Shown piece by piece: positions 27,136 through 32,000 of a DNA stretch of 32,000 bases; within the stretch, counting starts at the first letter, position 1; every line of letters begins with the position of its first letter. Source of the DNA: Bdellovibrionales bacterium (lineage in GTDB: Bacteria; Bdellovibrionota; Bdellovibrionia; Bdellovibrionales; UBA1609); assembly GCA_963692945.1 (NCBI GenBank), contig OY843585.1, forward strand, positions 1,110,001-1,142,000, given 5' to 3'. The notes beneath the pieces were generated by a model. It was not told the DNA's origin, ran no database searches, and was given only the letters and a program-made list of their open reading frames with translations. A program made the position numbers and the translations under genes.

Positions 27136-27852
27136 TTAATCACCTAAAGTTTTTTTAATATTATGAATGATTTTTAGAGATTCTTCTAACAAGTCAGAAG
27201 AACCCTTTTCCTTTAAATCTAAAAGATTTTTTTCACAAGAGTGAATTTGTTTAAGCAAAGCATCTCCATCTAAAATTCTTGAATCGGATTTTTGAAATTC
27301 TTCTAAAGGCAAAAATAAAGTTTCTTCTTCAACATAATAAATTTTAACTTCTTCCATTCCCCATTTCACTTCTGTTCTATCTCCCCCTAAAAAAGCAGGT
27401 AGATTTTCTAAAATAGAACAAAAGTAATCTCTCACTGTGGGATACTCTTCTCCATTAAAATTTGTAGTGAAAGAATAGTAACTTGCTGTTCTTTCTTTGT
27501 TTTGAATTTCTAAAGTGGGAGAGACAAAATAAGAAAAAAAGATTTCTAATTTATCATGTATTTCATGAGAGCTATGAAACATTTTAAGAAACTTTTCCAA
27601 ACCTCCCCAGCAATCCAAATCCATAGAGTTATGCCCTACTGTTGTTACTAAATCTTTGTCTAAAAATTGATCTTGGTAGGCTCTTTTGATATTATGAAGT
27701 AACACTTCAACTTGAGTTGCATCCATCCAAGAGTGAGGGTTTTTAAGAAAATCTATCTCTAATTCTGTCATATCAAAAAAGCAGCTTGTATCAAATTCAC
27801 AACGACTAAGGAATTTAAAAAAAGAGTTAGTGATTTTCCCACTTAGATACAT
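27136..27852 (-). CDS. Hypothetical protein, possibly H-NOX-like fold, with C-terminal helical tail
   Basis: 238 aa. Its stop abuts the eno ATG with no spacer. AGAGG lies 5 nt before the ATG. It starts MY..., has a His cluster FHSSHEIH, and carries YYSFT about 30 residues later. That spacing matches the proximal His and YxSxR of H-NOX domains, with Arg replaced by Thr. The match comes from memory of sGC beta1 and Tt H-NOX, not from a search. Confidence 0.6.
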   Translation of the reverse strand: MYLSGKITNSFFKFLSRCEFDTSCFFDMTELEIDFLKNPHSWMDATQVEVLLHNIKRAYQDQFLDKDLVTTVGHNSMDLDCWGGLEKFLKMFHSSHEIHDKLEIFFSYFVSPTLEIQNKERTASYYSFTTNFNGEEYPTVRDYFCSILENLPAFLGGDRTEVKWGMEEVKIYYVEEETLFLPLEEFQKSDSRILDGDALLKQIHSCEKNLLDLKEKGSSDLLEESLKIIHNIKKTLGD

Positions 27853-27966
27853 ACAACCTCTGATTGATATTTTTTAAATACAATACCTTATAAAACAATA
27901 GAATTTAGGATTTTTCCACTAAAATATTTAATTTAAGAAGTTGGAGAATTCTCAAAAGCAATGAAT

Positions 27967-28015
27967 GTGAAAAACTGGAGTTTTTCTCTAAAAGTCATGT
28001 GCAAAAACCTGTAGA
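27967..28015. repeat. Extra small-hairpin modules adjacent to the 28016-28239 element
   Basis: The variants gtgaaaaactggagtttttctcta (27967-27990) and atgtgcaaaaacctgtagaac lie just outside the left terminal repeat. Confidence 0.5.
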
Positions 28016-28239
28016 ACAAAACTCTAGAAATACCCCTCTGCGAAAACCAGAGTTGCGAAAACCAGTAGTTTTTCTCTATGTTAAAACTTTCATTTTCACG
28101 AGATTTGAAGAACAAAACCCCTCATGCGAAAACCAGTAGTTTTTCTCTAGGAATATCCCTCCTTGTTTTCTGAACTTGAAGAGCGTCCCTTTTACGATGA
28201 AAGGTCAGAAAACAAGGAGGGGAAGAACTAGAGTTTTGT
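28016..28239 (+). mobile_element. MITE-like non-autonomous element (224 bp)
   Basis: Perfect 12-bp terminal inverted repeats ACAAAACTCTAG (28016-28027) and CTAGAGTTTTGT (28228-28239). Both ends are flanked by AGA (28013-15 and 28240-42). The interior has small-hairpin modules at 28054-28078 and 28124-28149 and a 17-bp-stem hairpin (28157-28173 / 28205-28221). The right terminus supplies the last codons and the stop of the 881-aa ORF. Confidence 0.7.
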
Positions 28240-30873
28240 AGATAATCTTTCAAGACGATCCACTCTTTTGATAAGTGAGTTTAGATTCTCTTTAAGAGAT
28301 GTATTTTCTTTTTTCAAAGAAGTGAGTTCTCTTTCTAGTTTTTTATTTGTAGATGCTAATTTCTTTTCTGTTTGAAGTTGTGTCTGTTTTAGTTTTGTGA
28401 TTTCTTTTGTGGTGGCTTTTACATCATCTGAAGTTTGTTTAAGTTTAATTTTTGTTTCTTCAATTTGACTTTGGTTCGCTCCCAACTCTTTTTTAAAAGT
28501 TAAAAACTCTGTTTGAAAAGTCTCTTTTAAATCAGATAGTGATTTTGTAAGAGCCGATACAGACTCCTTAAGAAAGTTTAGAGTTTTTGTTGTGGAGTTA
28601 TAAAACTCTTTAAAAGCTTTTATGATAACAGGAATAAGCCCTTGATAGTTCAAACTTAAAGTCTTTTTTGGATCTGAACCTTCAGACACTAACTCGGGAT
28701 ATTCTTTTTGAACCTCTTGAGCAATTAAACCTATCTGTTTTGTTTGAACTCTATGTTTGTCTTTCCAGTAAAAAGTTTTTGGGTTTAATTTTAAAAGAGA
28801 ATGGGTTTGATTTTTTAAATCCTTAATCTTGGTTTTGAGTCTTCGGTCTGATGGTGATAATGGTGCTGCTGGACTACCAAAAGAAGCAGAAGCCCCAGAG
28901 GTATTCAAGGTGAAATAATCTGTACTAGATGATGGTGATGATTTTTTAACCCTTAAATTGCCCTCTACAATTAAATCCCTTCTAATAGTGACATCATAAG
29001 CACTTAACATACCATTATCAATAGTGACATCTCTATTAATACTAGAACTTATCCCATTACTAACAGTGAAACGACCTTGGCCATATCCATTATTTTGATT
29101 ACGACCACCAATACGGAGTTCTCGATCTACTATTAAAGTTCCTCCATCTGATCCTCCACCTGTGTAGTTAACATTCCCGACTCTTAAATTACTGTGATTA
29201 ATCAGAATTTCTTTATGATTTTTGTCCATATTTCCCATGATTATATTTCCAATATTGAGCCTCTTACCACCAGAGTTAGGCTGCAAATTATTACCTATTA
29301 CAATATTATTACTTGTATTGTAAGATTTACCTGCGTGATCGCCTATATAGATATTATTACTTCCAGTTGTATTTCCCCATGAGCTACCATGTGTTCCTGT
29401 CTGCGTGCCTATAAAAATATTACTACTTCCTGTGGTGTTTCGTTTACCAGATTCATAACCTATAAAAACATTTCTACCAGAAGAGTAATTAGATTTTGTT
29501 CCTGCTTGAAAACCTACAAAAGTATTTTTAGATCCCATAAAAGTCCCATCTCCATATCCGGCTCCATGACCTATATAAGTATTACCACCATGACCACTCT
29601 GTCCACCTCCTCCTGCGTATGCACCTACATAGGTGTTGTTATGTCTATTAAGTTCAAGTTTACCAGCTTCAAAACCTATAAAAACATTATTAGACCCTTG
29701 ACGTAATCTGTGTCCTGCTTGAGATCCGATGATAGTGTTTTTGTGGTTTCCTGTTCCTAATGATGAAAAAGCACTAACGGTAGCATAACCAATGTAAGTA
29801 TTATTTTCTCCCGTGGTGTTTGTACCTGCTTGATAACCCACAAAAGTATTATTTGAATCTGATATATTTGCACGACCCGCTTTATAACCCACAAAAGTAT
29901 TCCCTGCCCCTGAACCTGTTGTTGATTTCCCCGCTTCAAAACCAAAAGCCGTGTGATGATTTACACTTACCTCTGTTGTATCTCCACAACCCACAAGACT
30001 TAACTCGCTAGGAGATTCTGTCACTTTATAACAATCTGGATCTCCACTACCTCCGCCTCCACCAACAACTACATCACCACAAACATCTTTTGCATAAGTT
30101 AAAGGGGTTGTATCTGCTATGATTAACTCTACCACTTCTTCCACCTTTGTTTTTCTGGTTGCATGAGTAGTAGCTGGTAAAGCATCTATCTGTGTCTGTA
30201 TATTTGTAGGAAGACCAGACTTCCCATCTGCTTTATCAATAATTTCTTCATAAAACAGAGAACAGCATTGAGAATCTTTCACTGAAATCTTAAAATCCCA
30301 ATCTGTTGGAGGGTTTGTTGGAGTAGTTCCTGTTCCTTTTAAGTGAATGATTTTTGGTCTTTCACTTGCTGGCGTGGTGGTTGCACACTCTGGCAACTCT
30401 GGGTCTGTTGTTGCTGTGCAATCTCTAGATACAAATTCAAAACCTGAAGGTTTAGTTTTGATATTATCATTTAAAACTTTCAAACATTTTTTATTATCAT
30501 CTGTATTTGTTGAATCATCTTCATTTGCAAATTTATTTAAAAGAGATTGAATCTGAATCACCTTCCAAAGCTCCGTGTTAGAATCTTTTATTTTTTTTTG
30601 AGAAGTAGATTGTTGCATGATAGATGTCCCAACCCCTAAAATAACGATAGCCCCTATTGCCGATGCAATAACAACACTAACAAGAGCAGAACCTTTTTGA
30701 TTTAAATAAGAAAGCTTATTGTTTTTTAAAAGAAAGGAAAGCTTGTGAAAAAAAAGAAATTTACACTTTAAAAGTAAATGGGGGGGGGTAGAAAGGTTTT
30801 TTAGAAAATAAAAAAGCAAATTTTTAAAATAAAAAAAGAAACTTCTACCTCTAGATTTAAAGGATTTTTTCAT
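28228..30873 (-). CDS. Chimeric fibre protein: pilin/PilX_N-like N-terminal helix, Gly-rich tail-fibre repeats, peptidase S74 intramolecular chaperone domain, coiled-coil tail
   Basis: 881 aa. Residues 58-86 are NQKG/SALVSVVIASAIGAIVILGVGTSIM. Residues ~306-548 carry repeated NTFVGYxAG-type units. Residues 675-~765 are SDRRLKTKIKDL...IGLIAQEVQKEYPELV...LNYQGLIPVIIKAF, which is S74-like. Residues ~766-881 are heptad coiled coil. The start is uncertain, because the first 57 residues are low-complexity F/L/K-rich and there is no SD. Confidence 0.8.
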   Translation of the reverse strand: MKKSFKSRGRSFFFYFKNLLFYFLKNLSTPPHLLLKCKFLFFHKLSFLLKNNKLSYLNQKGSALVSVVIASAIGAIVILGVGTSIMQQSTSQKKIKDSNTELWKVIQIQSLLNKFANEDDSTNTDDNKKCLKVLNDNIKTKPSGFEFVSRDCTATTDPELPECATTTPASERPKIIHLKGTGTTPTNPPTDWDFKISVKDSQCCSLFYEEIIDKADGKSGLPTNIQTQIDALPATTHATRKTKVEEVVELIIADTTPLTYAKDVCGDVVVGGGGGSGDPDCYKVTESPSELSLVGCGDTTEVSVNHHTAFGFEAGKSTTGSGAGNTFVGYKAGRANISDSNNTFVGYQAGTNTTGENNTYIGYATVSAFSSLGTGNHKNTIIGSQAGHRLRQGSNNVFIGFEAGKLELNRHNNTYVGAYAGGGGQSGHGGNTYIGHGAGYGDGTFMGSKNTFVGFQAGTKSNYSSGRNVFIGYESGKRNTTGSSNIFIGTQTGTHGSSWGNTTGSNNIYIGDHAGKSYNTSNNIVIGNNLQPNSGGKRLNIGNIIMGNMDKNHKEILINHSNLRVGNVNYTGGGSDGGTLIVDRELRIGGRNQNNGYGQGRFTVSNGISSSINRDVTIDNGMLSAYDVTIRRDLIVEGNLRVKKSSPSSSTDYFTLNTSGASASFGSPAAPLSPSDRRLKTKIKDLKNQTHSLLKLNPKTFYWKDKHRVQTKQIGLIAQEVQKEYPELVSEGSDPKKTLSLNYQGLIPVIIKAFKEFYNSTTKTLNFLKESVSALTKSLSDLKETFQTEFLTFKKELGANQSQIEETKIKLKQTSDDVKATTKEITKLKQTQLQTEKKLASTNKKLERELTSLKKENTSLKENLNSLIKRVDRLERLSTKL
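30780..30788. repeat. G9 (C9 on the coding strand) homopolymer tract inside the 5' end of the fibre ORF
   Basis: aatgggggggggtaga encodes S-T-P-P-H (TCT ACC CCC CCC CAT) at codons 28-32 of the 881-aa ORF. Confidence 0.9.
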
Positions 30874-30879
30874 AGATAA

Positions 30880-30908
30880 ATTATGAAGAAGGTTTAAAAA
30901 AATATCAA
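30880..30908 (-). promoter_or_regulatory. Candidate sigma-70 promoter giving a leaderless fibre-gene mRNA
   Basis: On the minus strand: TTGATA (complement of 30903-30908), a 17-nt spacer, then CATAAT (complement of 30880-30885). The A of the ATG (30873) lies 7 nt after the -10 hexamer, and no SD is present. Confidence 0.3.
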
Positions 30909-30983
30909 CTTTTAACTTAAAAAATTTACTTTAAGAATTATACACTTAATCATCAGAAAATAAGGGGAAAAAACAGGTTTTTT

Positions 30984-31442
30984 TTAACTACAAACTTGAG
31001 CTGCACAGGTTCCTGTCATACTCGTTCCTTTTTTTGAATTATCTGTTAACTTTCCTGTGCTATCAATACAGAATTTTAAGGGTTCGGCCTGACTTGTAGA
31101 ACTGAAACCTAAGGTTGTGTAGTCACCACCAGTTCCTACCATGTATAAACACCATTTTGTAGAATCAGAAGCATTAAAAGAAAATGTGGGCTTAGCAAAT
31201 TTACTTTTATCTTCAAAAGTCATTCTCTCCCATGCTGTATCCACAGGATTTGAATGTTCAAAATTACGAGACATTTCATATTTTTGATAAAACTCTAGAA
31301 ACATATCCTTTACCATTCCTGACTTGGCACTGTTTTTTATATTGTTATAACTGACTATTGCGACACTAGAGAGAACCCCTAGGATTGAAACAACCACAAG
31401 CAACTCTATCAAACTAAAACCTTTTCTATTTTTTTCACACAT
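30984..31442 (-). CDS. Type IV pilin (prepilin-type N-terminal cleavage/methylation domain)
   Basis: The class III signal MCEKNRKG/FSLIELLVVVSILGVL has Phe+1 and Glu+5. C-terminal Cys residues are present (FCIDS...GTCAAQVCS). The track ORF begins 11 codons earlier (31475) and overlaps the upstream pilin. The ATG at 31442 gives a normal 8-aa leader. Confidence 0.88.
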   Translation of the reverse strand: MCEKNRKGFSLIELLVVVSILGVLSSVAIVSYNNIKNSAKSGMVKDMFLEFYQKYEMSRNFEHSNPVDTAWERMTFEDKSKFAKPTFSFNASDSTKWCLYMVGTGGDYTTLGFSSTSQAEPLKFCIDSTGKLTDNSKKGTSMTGTCAAQVCS

Positions 31443-31459
31443 AAAACACTTCCAAGCTT

Positions 31460-31945
31460 TTACTGACATCCACATGAAGAACTACTACAAGTCCCTTTGA
31501 TTGTAGGAGAGGTTTTTTCACTATTGTCCGTAAATTTATTTTCGGAATCCATACAAAAATTTATTGCCTCTTTAGTATTACCGTTATAACCAAATTTTTG
31601 ATACTCTTTGTGGGCATTAGTTCCAGTACCAGTGTTTGCAGTTAGGGCCTGACACCATTTTTTAGGATGAGCAGAACAATTTTTAACAATAGCAGATTTA
31701 GTAAAATATTTTTTATCGTTAGATCGGAGACTATCCCATGCTGTCTGCCAAGGATTTGTTTCTCCTAGATTTTGATCCACAAAGATAGATTGATGATAAG
31801 ATTTAAATAGCAGTTGAAGTGTATTTACCTTTCCGTCTCTCACATATTCTTGAAAGGAACTAATACTAAATGCCCCTAAGATTCCTATAATTACAACCAC
31901 TGTAAGTAGTTCTATTAAACTAAAACCTTTTATATCTTTATACAC
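31460..31945 (-). CDS. Type IV pilin (prepilin-type N-terminal cleavage/methylation domain)
   Basis: Leader MYKDIKG/FSLIELLTVVVIIGILG, with a GTG start directly after an in-frame TAA. It is a paralogue of the downstream pilin (shared NP..TAW, KWC, FC.DS..K.TDNS.K..GTC) and has a Cys-rich C-terminus GTCSSSSCGCQ. Confidence 0.88.
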   Translation of the reverse strand: MYKDIKGFSLIELLTVVVIIGILGAFSISSFQEYVRDGKVNTLQLLFKSYHQSIFVDQNLGETNPWQTAWDSLRSNDKKYFTKSAIVKNCSAHPKKWCQALTANTGTGTNAHKEYQKFGYNGNTKEAINFCMDSENKFTDNSEKTSPTIKGTCSSSSCGCQ

Positions 31946-32000
31946 TCTTTAATGATTAGATAAACTTTAGGAATTATCAAATTCTTTTAGTAAAATTTTG

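Noticed and set aside
27933-28115. A 60-aa minus-strand ORF
   Set aside because: It lies entirely within the MITE-like repeat modules, has no SD, and its sequence is repeat-derived. The same reasoning applies to the 64-aa ORF at 19255-19449.
29194-30550. Five short ORFs on either strand inside the fibre gene (29194-29382, 29389-29706, 29757-29945, 29820-30011, 30347-30550)
   Set aside because: All overlap the long, domain-containing 881-aa frame. They are artefacts of the Gly/Asn-rich repeat composition.
31325-31330. TGGCAC as a sigma-54 -24 element for the pilin or fibre genes
   Set aside because: It is on the plus strand inside a minus-strand pilin coding region, and the -12 position reads TTTAT rather than TTGC.

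Overview
AT-rich bacterial chromosomal window from a Gram-negative-type organism (type IV pilins, sigma-54 activator). The gene content is reminiscent of Bdellovibrionota/Oligoflexia-like lineages, but that is inference only. Bases ~1000-15500 are one uninterrupted minus-strand housekeeping block, secE-nusG-rplK-rplA-rplJ-rplL-rpoB-rpoC-rpsL-rpsG-fusA. It is very tightly packed, and no tuf gene or tRNA sits at either end. A second tight minus-strand operon (27852->23024) carries an H-NOX-like gene, eno, ftsB and polA. The remaining DNA is accessory. It holds an FHA/sigma-54 enhancer-binding protein, a small secreted protein, a class II Fic AMPylase, a secreted protein of 20 near-identical 35-aa HEAT-like repeats, and a tail-anchored coiled-coil protein. 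At the right end are two tandem type IV pilin genes followed by an 881-aa chimera: pilin-like N-terminal helix, Gly-rich tail-fibre repeats, then an S74 self-cleaving chaperone domain. The non-coding DNA is unusual. A family of MITE-like elements (12-bp terminal inverted repeats, 3-bp flanking duplications, covarying 17-18 bp hairpin, multiple 24-26 nt small-hairpin modules) abuts or supplies the stop codons of several genes. A 47-bp tandem array duplicates the fusA 3' end. Two identical-context G9/C9 homopolymer tracts look like phase-variation switches. A 57-nt polA fragment lies 5.5 kb downstream of the intact polA, bracketing the Fic/HEAT/coiled-coil block. No rRNA, tRNA, CRISPR array, transposase or integrase was seen. 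My hand-counted coordinates for non-ORF features may be off by 1-2 nt.
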